A stretch of 64,000 bases of DNA, from contig CAYFHS010000003.1 of the NCBI GenBank assembly GCA_964342815.1, forward strand, positions 106,741 through 170,740, in the 5' to 3' direction. Made by a program: the position numbers and the translations under genes. This document shows, piece after piece, positions 1-9,586 of this stretch (positions within the stretch are counted from its first letter, which is position 1; every line of letters begins with the position of its first letter). The notes below the pieces were generated by a model, which was not told the origin of the DNA, ran no database searches, and worked only from the letters and a program-made list of their open reading frames with translations. The DNA is from an uncultured archaeon. GTDB lineage: Archaea; Thermoplasmatota; Penumbrarchaeia; JASLWR01.

Positions 1-341
1 AGGAAATTCACGTCAGCGAGAACGTCCCCGCTTGCAACCACGAAGGTTTCATTGAGAAATCCCTCGTTCTTTTTCACGCCTCCGAAGGTTCCCAATGGTG
101 TTCTTTCGATTGAATAAGCAATATTCGCTTCCCAGGCATTTCCACTACCAAGGTGCCTAATGATGTCTCCCGGTCGGTAGTACATAGTTACAAGAATATC
201 GTTGAACCCATCTCTCACGAGAGCCTCTATCACATGCTCAATGCACGGCTTATCATCGATGAGCACGAATGGCTTTGCCTTCTTTTCCGTAACCGGTCTC
301 AGACGGGTTCCTTCCCCCCCTGCGAGAATAACTGCCTTCAT
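1..341 (-). CDS. NDP-sugar synthase / nucleotidyltransferase (mannose-1-P guanylyltransferase-like), runs off the window start
   Basis: Not in the ORF track. Manual translation from ATG 341 gives MKAVILAGGEGTRLRPVTEKKAKPFVLI...PLGTFGGVK...ASGDVLAD, with the LAGG-GTRLRP nucleotidyltransferase motif. SD-like GGTG upstream. Confidence 0.92.
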   Translation of the reverse strand, partial: MKAVILAGGEGTRLRPVTEKKAKPFVLIDDKPCIEHVIEALVRDGFNDILVTMYYRPGDIIRHLGSGNAWEANIAYSIERTPLGTFGGVKKNEGFLNETFVVASGDVLADVNF

Positions 342-364
342 TTTACACACCTATATTTGTTGAA

Positions 365-1057
365 TTATTTATCGATTATCTTTATCCCATCGTCTCCCGC
401 TACGATCACCCTGGCGGTCATACCGAGGAATAGTCCGTTCTCAACCACTCCGGGAAGATTGTTCAGCTCTCGCTCTAACCAGGCCGAATCATCAATGCTC
501 TCGAAATGCAGGTCATAAACGTAATTACCCGAATCAGTTACGAAGGGAGTCGCATCATTGAGCTTTCTGAGAACCGGGCGGCTCCCAAGTTCAATGAAAA
601 CATCCACCAGAGTAGCGTGGCCGAAGGACAGAACTTCCACCGGGAGTGGCGAGCGGGTACCAAGTTTGATCACCATTTTGCCTTCATCCACCACTATTAT
701 CTCCTCCCTGGAGTTCTTCGCGACGATCTTCTCTCTGAGAAGCGCTCCACCCAGCCCCTTGATGAGGTTGAGGGCCGGATCAACTTCGTCCGCACCGTCT
801 ATGGTGAGATCGATAACTGGATGTAGCTCAAGGGTAGTAAGTGGGATGCCCAGCTTTTGGGCGATGGATTCGGTGGCCTTGGAAGTGGGAATGCCAATAA
901 ATACCAGATCTTCGCTTTTCATTCTTCGTGCCAGCTCCAAAAGAGTATAGTAGACGGTGGAGCCTGTGCCGAGACCTACCACCATACCGTTTTCAACGAA
1001 ATGGGCCGCACGCTCCCCGGTGATCCGTTTCAACTCTTCCTGATTCATCTCGGCCAC
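365..1057 (-). CDS. rpiA: Ribose-5-phosphate isomerase A
   Basis: GLGTGST, DGADEVD and KGLGGALLREKIV motifs. Confidence 0.97.
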   Translation of the reverse strand: MAEMNQEELKRITGERAAHFVENGMVVGLGTGSTVYYTLLELARRMKSEDLVFIGIPTSKATESIAQKLGIPLTTLELHPVIDLTIDGADEVDPALNLIKGLGGALLREKIVAKNSREEIIVVDEGKMVIKLGTRSPLPVEVLSFGHATLVDVFIELGSRPVLRKLNDATPFVTDSGNYVYDLHFESIDDSAWLERELNNLPGVVENGLFLGMTARVIVAGDDGIKIIDK

Positions 1058-1198
1058 GCTTCCATATATATCTGACTCAAGGGGTATTGTATCTTCAGAG
1101 ATAATAATTTCGGTTTGAGTTCGACCAGTTTCGCGAAAACAAAAACAAGCAAAATAATATATAATGAAGTAAAAATTATATTATTGCGAGGGATTTTT

Positions 1199-1633
1199 AT
1201 GAAAATATACAGCAAGGATTTCCAGCACGGTGGCATGATCCCCCGAATATTCACGTGCCAGGGTAAGAATATAAATCCTCAATTGGTATGGTCCGGGGTG
1301 CCGCCGGAGGCAAAGAGCCTGGCATTGATTGTGGACGACCCGGACGCACCAATGGGTACCTGGGTTCATTGGCTCGTCTGCGATATAGATCCCGCTTCCA
1401 CGGGCATTGGTCGCGATTCGGTACCGCGGGGAGGAGTACAGGTCAACAACGATTTTCGAAAACCCGATTACGGCGGTCCCTGTCCACCTTCCGGTATTCA
1501 TAGATACTTTTTCAAGTTGTATGCACTGAACGTCGAAAAGCTTGGAGCGGCTAACAAAAAAAAATTTTATAAATTGGTCAAAAAACATGCAGTGGATAGA
1601 GCGATCCTGATGGGTAAATACACCAAGGGATGA
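1199..1633 (+). CDS. YbhB/YbcL family PEBP (Raf kinase inhibitor-like) protein
   Basis: DDPDAP, WVHW and YGGPCPPSGIHRY motifs. Start moved to ATG 1199 from the ORF-track 1115. Confidence 0.93.
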   Translation: MKIYSKDFQHGGMIPRIFTCQGKNINPQLVWSGVPPEAKSLALIVDDPDAPMGTWVHWLVCDIDPASTGIGRDSVPRGGVQVNNDFRKPDYGGPCPPSGIHRYFFKLYALNVEKLGAANKKKFYKLVKKHAVDRAILMGKYTKG

Positions 1634-1781
1634 TGAAAATCCGTTTCTTTAAATAAAACGGTCAAAAAAGATTCCATGATTCTTTGCCCCATATGATAAA
1701 GAATATAATCCAGTCAAATTTAATGTCCAATAAATTTCACCATAATTAACATATAAAATGCTCAAGCTCACCGGAGAGCAT

Positions 1782-2219
1782 ATGGGCGATGGGAATAAAG
1801 GCGAGATCATAGATTTCAGATTTGTAAGATCGTGGCCGCCGGAGGATATCGTTTCTCTTTACAAAGCGGGAGGATGGTGGAAGGATCATTACGACCCGGC
1901 GGGAATTTCGTTTCTGCTTGAGAAAACATTTGCATTCGTAGTCGCTGTGGAAGGTAATTCCAGGCGGGCAGTGGGTATGGGTAGGATCATATCGGACGGG
2001 GTGAGCGACGCATATATTCAGGATATCGTAGTTTTACACGAATATCGAGGAAAGGGGATCGGGAAAAAAATACTTGAAAAGTTGGTGGATCACTGCCGAA
2101 AACAAGGCCTCGTATGGATCGGCCTCATTGCCGAGGAAGGTACCGAGGATTTTTACCTCCCTCTGGGATTCAACAGGTTCTCCGGGCAGCCAATGGTGTA
2201 TGAGCCAGGTGATAACTGA
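1782..2219 (+). CDS. GNAT family N-acetyltransferase
   Basis: VGMGR-ISDG-AYIQDIVV and YRGKGIG acetyl-CoA motif. GGAG SD before ATG 1782 (alternative start 1758). Confidence 0.9.
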   Translation: MGDGNKGEIIDFRFVRSWPPEDIVSLYKAGGWWKDHYDPAGISFLLEKTFAFVVAVEGNSRRAVGMGRIISDGVSDAYIQDIVVLHEYRGKGIGKKILEKLVDHCRKQGLVWIGLIAEEGTEDFYLPLGFNRFSGQPMVYEPGDN

Positions 2220-3100
2220 TGTTATCTACCGAAGATTTCAGACATGTATCTTTTGAACACAAGACGTTTTTCATGGAATTCCAGTCCCGATATCCTCCGG
2301 TGCACTCTGATTATATATTCTCAACCATGGTATGTTGGCAGCATTATATGCGTTATTCTTATACGAAATATCACGATTCCGTAATCATCATGACCGAGCA
2401 TGAAGGCGAAGTCCGTTTCAGGCCCCCCATGGGACCGAGAGATTGCGTGGTATTGGAAGAGGTCATAAAGCTGTGTAAAGAGATAAACGGCGAAAATTCA
2501 TTTTCAGTTGTGGACCCGGAAATGAAGGATTGGCTGGAGGCGGAGTTCCCGAATATGGCATTTCATCCACAGCGAGATTATTTCGATTATGTTTATCTTG
2601 CCAGAGACCTTGCGGAGCTTCCTGGAAAAAAATATCTTAAGATACGAAATCAACTCAATTATTTCCTGAAGCATAATTCTTTCACTGTGGAACCGATTCG
2701 TGAGGAAAACATTGCCGAAACAAGGGAATTTCTCATAAAATGGTGCTTACAGAAAGGATGCAGTGAAGAACCCCTTCTCAATAGCGAAAGAATCGCCGTC
2801 CAGACAGCCCTCGCGAATTTTTCCAAACTAGGATTATCGGGCCTGATCCTTCGCATAAATGGCATCGTTGAAGCGTTTTCAGTGTTTGAGAAAATGAGCA
2901 AAGATACCGCGGTTGTCCATTTTGAAAAAGCAAACTTCGATTTCAAGGGTATATACCAGGTCATCAACAGGGAAACCGCAAAGTTTCTCCGGAACGATTA
3001 TAAATTCATCAATAGAGAAGCGGACATGGGTATAAAGGGACTGAGAAAAGCAAAGGAAAAATATCATCCCCATCACTACGTGGAAGTTTACCACGTATAA
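2219..3100 (+). CDS. DUF2156 / MprF C-terminal-like (aminoacyl-phosphatidylglycerol synthase fold) soluble protein
   Basis: DYVY, VVHFEKAN, YQVIN and INREADMGIKGLRKAKEKYHP motifs. TGATG overlap with the GNAT gene. Confidence 0.88.
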   Translation: MLSTEDFRHVSFEHKTFFMEFQSRYPPVHSDYIFSTMVCWQHYMRYSYTKYHDSVIIMTEHEGEVRFRPPMGPRDCVVLEEVIKLCKEINGENSFSVVDPEMKDWLEAEFPNMAFHPQRDYFDYVYLARDLAELPGKKYLKIRNQLNYFLKHNSFTVEPIREENIAETREFLIKWCLQKGCSEEPLLNSERIAVQTALANFSKLGLSGLILRINGIVEAFSVFEKMSKDTAVVHFEKANFDFKGIYQVINRETAKFLRNDYKFINREADMGIKGLRKAKEKYHPHHYVEVYHV

Positions 3101-3149
3101 GCCAAGCTGTATGAATAATCATAATGGGATCGTGGAAATCAGCATTTTC

Positions 3150-4319
3150 TCAGGAAAGTTTCGGATAGGGGTACTCTTGGGCACGGTTTTGAAAACTCAA
3201 TATCTTTGGATTTAATATTCGTCCGTTCTCCATCTCCACGGCATTTCGAATGGTGGGATCCTTTTCCCAGACCTCTTTACCGCCCATAACGGTTCCAATA
3301 AAGGGAATAAGAGCAGAACTTATCTCGTATGATGCAGAATACCAGAGGTAGGATGGAGAGTGGTCGACTGCGTAATATAGTAATTTACCGGCCATGAAGT
3401 TGGGTTTATCAAAGGACGTAGGGCGAGCAAATTCAAATCCCATTCCCAGATCGCAGCTTACATCGATTATAAGAGCCCCCGGTCTTAATTTATCCAGATC
3501 CGTGTTTCGGACGAACATCAAAGGTCGATCAGTGTCCTGAAGAATGCAGTTAATAATAATATCATAGCTTCCCAATTCCTCGGGGCTAGGGATAATTTGG
3601 TTATCCTTTACCATTAATACATCGGAACTTCCAGGACTTTCTCTCATATACCGACCATGCTTTACAGAGGGAATCGGGGCGATTACAGCATAGTCGGGCC
3701 TCTGAGTAAATAACGTGATGTCAGTATATCCTTGTCCTACCAAAGCATGTATGGCACCACGACCCGTTGAACCGAAACTGATAACCGCGGCTCGCTTTGC
3801 CGGGCCGTAATGTCCGGTCATCCCGGCAAGCCCAAGTGCGTGAAGCACACTGCAGTAACCGGCCATCTCATTGTTCTTATGAAAGACGTGCAGATCCTTA
3901 AACATGTCTCGTTTCCATAGATACATTGCTTCCCAGGCAATCAAGGTCATCTTTTTATCGATTCCCATCTGTGTGATAGGTTCCCCCTGTACGCAATGCG
4001 GCCAACCCCAGAGAATTTGGCCATCCCGGAAAAAAGGAAAATCCCCCTCAGTGGGTTTGGGGAGTAGAATGATGTCGCATTTTTCGAAAAGCTCTTCGCG
4101 AGGCAAAATACCGGCTACCAATTTCTTTAGCCCTTTATCGTTCACACCGAATGGTTTGCCGTATCCTTCTTCGATATAGATACGGTTACGTAATGGACCA
4201 TCCAATTCCAATAGATGGGACGGGAAAATTGGAACCCTGTGTTCATTCTCTTTTTTTGATGAGCCAATAACACCCATTGTCAATTCATTAGAGGTCATTA
4301 ATTTCACCTTTTCATTCAA
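3150..4319 (-). CDS. N5-(carboxyethyl)ornithine synthase / alanine dehydrogenase-PNT family oxidoreductase
   Basis: KENEHRVP, WGWPHCVQ, HVFHKNNEMAGYCSVLHAL, IIDVSCD and YAVDHSPS are typical of the Ceo-like subfamily. Confidence 0.82.
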   Translation of the reverse strand: MNEKVKLMTSNELTMGVIGSSKKENEHRVPIFPSHLLELDGPLRNRIYIEEGYGKPFGVNDKGLKKLVAGILPREELFEKCDIILLPKPTEGDFPFFRDGQILWGWPHCVQGEPITQMGIDKKMTLIAWEAMYLWKRDMFKDLHVFHKNNEMAGYCSVLHALGLAGMTGHYGPAKRAAVISFGSTGRGAIHALVGQGYTDITLFTQRPDYAVIAPIPSVKHGRYMRESPGSSDVLMVKDNQIIPSPEELGSYDIIINCILQDTDRPLMFVRNTDLDKLRPGALIIDVSCDLGMGFEFARPTSFDKPNFMAGKLLYYAVDHSPSYLWYSASYEISSALIPFIGTVMGGKEVWEKDPTIRNAVEMENGRILNPKILSFQNRAQEYPYPKLS

Positions 4320-4489
4320 TACCTTTCGTAGAGCACCATCTGTATTGCATATAAGTAATTTGCCGCTGTTATCTGCATTTAAGTTATCCTTATAAATCTT
4401 TCACTCTATAATCTGGCGATCAAGGAACTTCACCCTGAGAATGACTTTTAAAAAAATCTTAGATGGTCCTCAAACCTGGAAAGAAAAGC

Positions 4490-7400
4490 TCACCCACCAT
4501 ACTTCCCATGGCCATCGTCCACATTCTTCTTTTGTAAATTCTCCGGGCTGTACCGCGAGTTGATGAACAATGGAACATACCCTTCGGGAACCCTTCCATA
4601 AGGACGAGGTTCTTCGATCTCCTGCACCGGTCGCGGTTCTTCCATCTTGCGTCTTCTTTTGAAAATATAGATTATCTGTACGACCACCAGAGCGATCAAT
4701 ATAACAAAAAACCAGGTCCATATAGACCAGCAGATACCACCTGAACTGACGGATTCACTGCCAGTGCCATCATCGTTATCGTCATCATCTGCCGCAGGAC
4801 TCTCACCTGCCACCGTTACGGGAATTGTCAGCTCTTTGGTTATATTTTTGTAGACTGCTTTTATTATCAATTGTAAATTCCCACTGTTCATCACATCTTC
4901 AACGGAAATTCCAGGCAGATTGACGAGGCCCGAAATGCCTGTAATAACGCCAACCTTTGCAAGAATCGAAGCGGGTACGTATGCGTAATCCGCAAAAGGT
5001 CCAGCCGTATCGAAATAAAGGGTAATGGGAGCATTGCCATTGTTTTTCACGGTAAAATTGAAAGTTGCATTCACATCCCTTTCGATATCCAAACGGGAGA
5101 TTTCCGTGTTAATGTCGAATTCGATTATAGGCTGAAACGAGTCGTTGACGAAAAAAGACCATGTCGCGCTTAAACATTCACCTACATAGGGCCCGGCAAC
5201 GGGGATCACGGACCAGTAGTAGATCGAAGCAACATCCAGATTCGTTATCAAATAATTTTCCTCATTTGTAACGGCGATCTCGATCAGGTTATCCATTGTC
5301 TTGTTGAGTAACACACGGTACGAGACCGGATATTCCGTTGGATTAGTGGTCTCCCATTCCAGATTGATGGAATTCGTATCGATCGTTCCTACGTTCTGGG
5401 GGAACATAAGTTTCGTTCGCGGTATCGGGATATATGCATCTATTTCAAAACTCCAGATCCCATCCATGGAAACCGACGAGGAGACATTGTCTTTAGCTTC
5501 GACGTACCAGTAGTAAGTTGAGCCGTCATCAAGGCCAGAAAGGGTATGATTAGCGAACTTGAGATCCGAAACGTTCAGCGGAGGATTTTCGGTCTTGCCT
5601 AAGTACAGGTCATAGGAAATATCCTTTGGATTATTGTCGACATCAAAAACATCCCATGACAACGTTACGTTGGTATACTCCAGTATCCCGCCATCCATTG
5701 GGGATATGTGCCAGGAAGAGGGAGGATCGTTTACATTGTTGACGACTATATCGAAAGCGGGAGCTAGGGTGGAAATTCCGAAGATATTTTCACAGCTGAC
5801 CACCACCGATGCTTTCCCGGTCCAGTTATCTGCGAGATGGTCAACGGCCAGGTAGGAGCCTGTCACGGAAAGGTTGACGTTGCCATCCTCGGAATTGCTT
5901 TGGACCGCATAAGCGGGTGGAGAAAATACCGAATACTGGTCCTCAAAATATTCCGATAGATCAACAATATTGTCATTAAGCGTATCTTCCAATATATTAA
6001 TGGTTTCAATATCTTTAATGAAGATCGGTGAATCGGGTTCTTTTAGGTAAGCCCCCCACTCTTTCAATGCCGGTGTTTCCGTTTTCGACCCTCCCAAGCG
6101 CGCTTCCAGGTAAATTGATGGATGCGCCATCGGATTCATCCAACTAAGGTCGAAAGAACCGTATGAATGGTCAGTAACATCCTTCATCAGTTCCTGGCCG
6201 GTAGCTGTATCGAACACGGAAATATTCAGATAGGTTCCCGCGGGTACGATTCTATTGAATGAGACGGAATCCCAGACGAAACTGTCGGGCGGCTTTATTT
6301 CCACTGAACGAAGTCTGCCTTCCGGTCGAAACAACATTGCGTTACGTACCGCCATCCCGGATGTGACGGTTGTGTTCGTGATACAAAGCTCATCAATATT
6401 ACCTCTGTAATAATCACTTTTCGCAGGCCCGTCGCACCCAATATTCAGCACAGCCGAGTCCGAGGACAAGGTGCCCGCGGCAGAGATTGCGTGGTCCGCC
6501 CCCACAAGTTCACCATCGACATAGAGAGAAATACTATCCTGAGAATCCTTTGATGCTGCAAAATTATGCCACTCACTATCCTGAAAGGTACCGGTTGATG
6601 TTACAACGTCGTCGGGGCCCCACAATGCGTCATCGTCGATCCCGAAAGAGAGATGCCCGTCGGAGCTTAGCCAGACCTTGTACCCTTGATCGGAATCATA
6701 ATGGGATACGATATGCTGCTCAAGGACAAAATCCACAACAAGAAGAGGCGCGGCCTCGGTTTCACCATCATAGGATTCCGCGGTCCTTAGGCCGGTTCCC
6801 ACAACAATGGCAACGAGAGAATTGCCAAAGGCCCAACCGTCCCGATCCACGATCTCCTGGATGATGGGCGATAGATCCTCCGATTGATGTTTTTCGTTAA
6901 TTACGTTCCAGGGGGGAACATTGCTCCACTGAACGTAATTCGAAGTTTTCGGCCTACTGGAAATATCGAAAGAATTACTGGTGAAACCGGTGGCATCATC
7001 CGTATCCTCGCAGTAAAAACGCAGATCGGTGGCTCCCGATTCCGCCTCGTCGCATTCGAACTCAATATACGCATTTTTTATGGTAGCCCCATTGGGTATC
7101 TCCACATTCTGAAAACGCATCCCCACGTGCTGTAGTCCCTTCCCGCTGTTATCGACCAATTCTAGGTCGGATGAGTCAAGGTCCATTCTTCCAGCGGAGT
7201 TCATTGCATACTCCTCTGCGTCGTCATTACGCTCTATGACCCTGACGGATATGCTGCCGCCCGGATACGGGCCCGGACTCTTGAACCAGCCGGTAATCCC
7301 GAAGCTCGCCGTCCCGAAATTGAACTTATCAGTGTAAGGAACACCCACATAATCATTCACGCCGTCCAATGCCAGCGATCCATGGAAAAGTCCACCTGCT

Positions 7401-7771
7401 ATCATCCCCCCGTATATCGTCCCGTCATTCCCGTGACCGCTGGAATCATAAGCGGTGTTCCATGTCCCGTTGTCGAAATGCCATAGCCCTGCGCTGTGTT
7501 CACCCGGAACCATAAAATTATCCTGCAGCTGAGCCTGTCCGCCCGTCACACTGATATTTTCTTTGGAAGAAATGCTATCCGTATCAATAAAATTGTCAAA
7601 AAAATATTCTTCAGAGACAGCACGGGGCGAGATCGATCTTTCCAGGGAAGTGAAATTCGAACCCGTGGTATCATGAAAACTATTTCCACCCTCTTGGGTC
7701 GAAAATGGGATGGAGATTAACATGCCCATTATGATAATGAATATTATCGGTGCGGATATTCTTTGTATCAT
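4490..7771 (-). CDS. Membrane-anchored surface protein with a LamG-like jellyroll and FnIII-like domains
   Basis: Signal peptide, WHFD..DSSG.GNDG and G.IDEL.I LamG motifs, YYWYV/YYWSV FnIII-like motifs, C-terminal TM helix. Confidence 0.85.
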   Translation of the reverse strand: MIQRISAPIIFIIIMGMLISIPFSTQEGGNSFHDTTGSNFTSLERSISPRAVSEEYFFDNFIDTDSISSKENISVTGGQAQLQDNFMVPGEHSAGLWHFDNGTWNTAYDSSGHGNDGTIYGGMIAGGLFHGSLALDGVNDYVGVPYTDKFNFGTASFGITGWFKSPGPYPGGSISVRVIERNDDAEEYAMNSAGRMDLDSSDLELVDNSGKGLQHVGMRFQNVEIPNGATIKNAYIEFECDEAESGATDLRFYCEDTDDATGFTSNSFDISSRPKTSNYVQWSNVPPWNVINEKHQSEDLSPIIQEIVDRDGWAFGNSLVAIVVGTGLRTAESYDGETEAAPLLVVDFVLEQHIVSHYDSDQGYKVWLSSDGHLSFGIDDDALWGPDDVVTSTGTFQDSEWHNFAASKDSQDSISLYVDGELVGADHAISAAGTLSSDSAVLNIGCDGPAKSDYYRGNIDELCITNTTVTSGMAVRNAMLFRPEGRLRSVEIKPPDSFVWDSVSFNRIVPAGTYLNISVFDTATGQELMKDVTDHSYGSFDLSWMNPMAHPSIYLEARLGGSKTETPALKEWGAYLKEPDSPIFIKDIETINILEDTLNDNIVDLSEYFEDQYSVFSPPAYAVQSNSEDGNVNLSVTGSYLAVDHLADNWTGKASVVVSCENIFGISTLAPAFDIVVNNVNDPPSSWHISPMDGGILEYTNVTLSWDVFDVDNNPKDISYDLYLGKTENPPLNVSDLKFANHTLSGLDDGSTYYWYVEAKDNVSSSVSMDGIWSFEIDAYIPIPRTKLMFPQNVGTIDTNSINLEWETTNPTEYPVSYRVLLNKTMDNLIEIAVTNEENYLITNLDVASIYYWSVIPVAGPYVGECLSATWSFFVNDSFQPIIEFDINTEISRLDIERDVNATFNFTVKNNGNAPITLYFDTAGPFADYAYVPASILAKVGVITGISGLVNLPGISVEDVMNSGNLQLIIKAVYKNITKELTIPVTVAGESPAADDDDNDDGTGSESVSSGGICWSIWTWFFVILIALVVVQIIYIFKRRRKMEEPRPVQEIEEPRPYGRVPEGYVPLFINSRYSPENLQKKNVDDGHGKYGG

Positions 7772-7943
7772 GTATCAAGTTCTCCCAAATATGTGAATCG
7801 CTTATATATTATTCATAATATTATATTCTATTTTCTCTTGGAATTAGTTTCAAAGAAAGCTCGTACTCTGCGTTTGCTCGCTCGGGTAGTGCCGCCCCTT
7901 TGTGCTCTTCGATGTGGTATTTGTTACAAATTCTCTCAAGTGA

Positions 7944-8648
7944 CTATTCCTCGACACCCCTTCTACCGTGGAGCTCTTTTGCCATACGAATATTCACATC
8001 CGCCTTGTGAATAATTATAAGTGCAGTACCCAGCAGTAACGTCGAAATTCCAAAACCGAAGGTGAACATCCCCGTCACACAAAATATCTTCGCAGCTCGA
8101 TTCCTTCCATTCTTTAAAGCTAAAATTCCCAATAACTGAGTTATAGTCGTTACCGAAAAAAACAGAGTGAAACCGGTGCAGTAATTTCCCATACGGGCTG
8201 ACGATAGATGGCCGGATTCCACGACACCAGTTTCGTTTCCTATCACGAAATCGAGATGATAGGTTCGGTCCGGTTCATTGAATACGTTATACGTGGTCAG
8301 GAGGTGAACCCGTCTTAATGAACCGTTATAATAAATCTCGATTGTGGTATCACCTGGCTCCACCTGCTGCACCGAAAAGAAACCGGTACTGTTCGTCGAG
8401 ATGTTCGCCGTGACGCCGGAGATCATAATTTCCGCACCCAAGACAGGAGCCCCGTGCTCATCCACCACATCACCGGATATGTTTACTCCGGCACCAAGAC
8501 TGCCCAGCCTGTTTCCCAGTACCAGTAGAAAAACGATAAATACCACGGACCAGAAAAGTGACATGAACATCATTATCCGGGCTCGCCTCAGAAGCGGTGC
8601 AGCCGATTCTTCCAAGCGTTTAGCACCCTCGGGTACCATAATAATCAT
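7944..8648 (-). CDS. Membrane protein with a carboxypeptidase-regulatory-like beta-sandwich
   Basis: ISGDVVDEHGAPVLGAEI...TNSTGFFS...VEPG between TM helices. Confidence 0.7.
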   Translation of the reverse strand: MIIMVPEGAKRLEESAAPLLRRARIMMFMSLFWSVVFIVFLLVLGNRLGSLGAGVNISGDVVDEHGAPVLGAEIMISGVTANISTNSTGFFSVQQVEPGDTTIEIYYNGSLRRVHLLTTYNVFNEPDRTYHLDFVIGNETGVVESGHLSSARMGNYCTGFTLFFSVTTITQLLGILALKNGRNRAAKIFCVTGMFTFGFGISTLLLGTALIIIHKADVNIRMAKELHGRRGVEE

Positions 8649-9304
8649 TCCTTCGGAGGTTTTAATTCAGGAAGTTCATCCAGAGAACTAATGAAGAATG
8701 TGGGGTTGGTCTTGTCGTAATTGTGAAAATGGCTTCGGATAAGATGAGCCGTATAAACCCCTGCGGCATCACCCGCCATAACGTCCAGTTCGCTGTCACC
8801 GATCATCAAAGCCTTGTCGGGTGAAACACCCATTTTTTCCAGGACCACATTTATACCGTGGGGATGCGGTTTTGAATATTCTTCATTGTACTGTGTCGCG
8901 TACAAAAACTCGAAATGATCCTTGAGACCGGTTCTGCGCAGCTCCAGTCTCGCGACCGAATCCGGAGTGTTGCTCACCATTGCGATCCGGCCCTTGAGAC
9001 GGTCCAGTGCTCCCACGTCCGGATAGGCTTTCAGGAATCCTTCATCGAGAAGCCGTTCCCGCTCCTTGTAATCCTCCTCCTCCAGCCTTTTCCAGTAGTC
9101 CCGCGGTTCCTTTATACCCAGTCCCCGGAGATAGAGATTCGACTCATGGTTGGGCAGCTTGAGAGCAGTGTAGAGATCGTCGTCGGGAGGAAGAAATACA
9201 CCAAATTCCTCGTAAACGCGTCTTTGAAACTTTCGAAACCAGGTAATGTCCTTGATATCGATGAGGGTTCCGTCCAGATCGAAAATATAAGCATCGAACA
9301 TCAC
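8645..9304 (-). CDS. HAD-superfamily hydrolase (phosphoglycolate phosphatase-like)
   Basis: FDLDGTL, SKPHP and IGDSELDVMAG motifs. ATGA overlap with the downstream gene. Confidence 0.93.
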   Translation of the reverse strand: MMFDAYIFDLDGTLIDIKDITWFRKFQRRVYEEFGVFLPPDDDLYTALKLPNHESNLYLRGLGIKEPRDYWKRLEEEDYKERERLLDEGFLKAYPDVGALDRLKGRIAMVSNTPDSVARLELRRTGLKDHFEFLYATQYNEEYSKPHPHGINVVLEKMGVSPDKALMIGDSELDVMAGDAAGVYTAHLIRSHFHNYDKTNPTFFISSLDELPELKPPKE

Positions 9305-9416
9305 CTGCGTTAAGGGAACGATTATATTTTAATATTGTTTCCAATGGTCAATGGAATTGTGCTGGGTTGTTGTGTTAACGGCGATAGTGCAAATTGGATT
9401 TTTTTATATCGTGGAC

Positions 9417-9448
9417 GAGAGCGCCGTTTGCTTCAGCTCGGCGCTCTC
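9417..9448. repeat. Perfect 10-bp inverted repeat between divergent genes
   Basis: GAGAGCGCCG-N12-CGGCGCTCTC. Confidence 0.8.
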
Positions 9449-9586
9449 TTAAGATAAGAAAGTCGGTGCCACTTCATAGAAGTTCAGGCAAAGAAGATTT
9501 CCGGACTGAGCCAGAACCCCCTAATTTTTTGAATATAAATCAAAAATATCAAATAACCCAAATTTCATTCATACCTGTGTGATACA

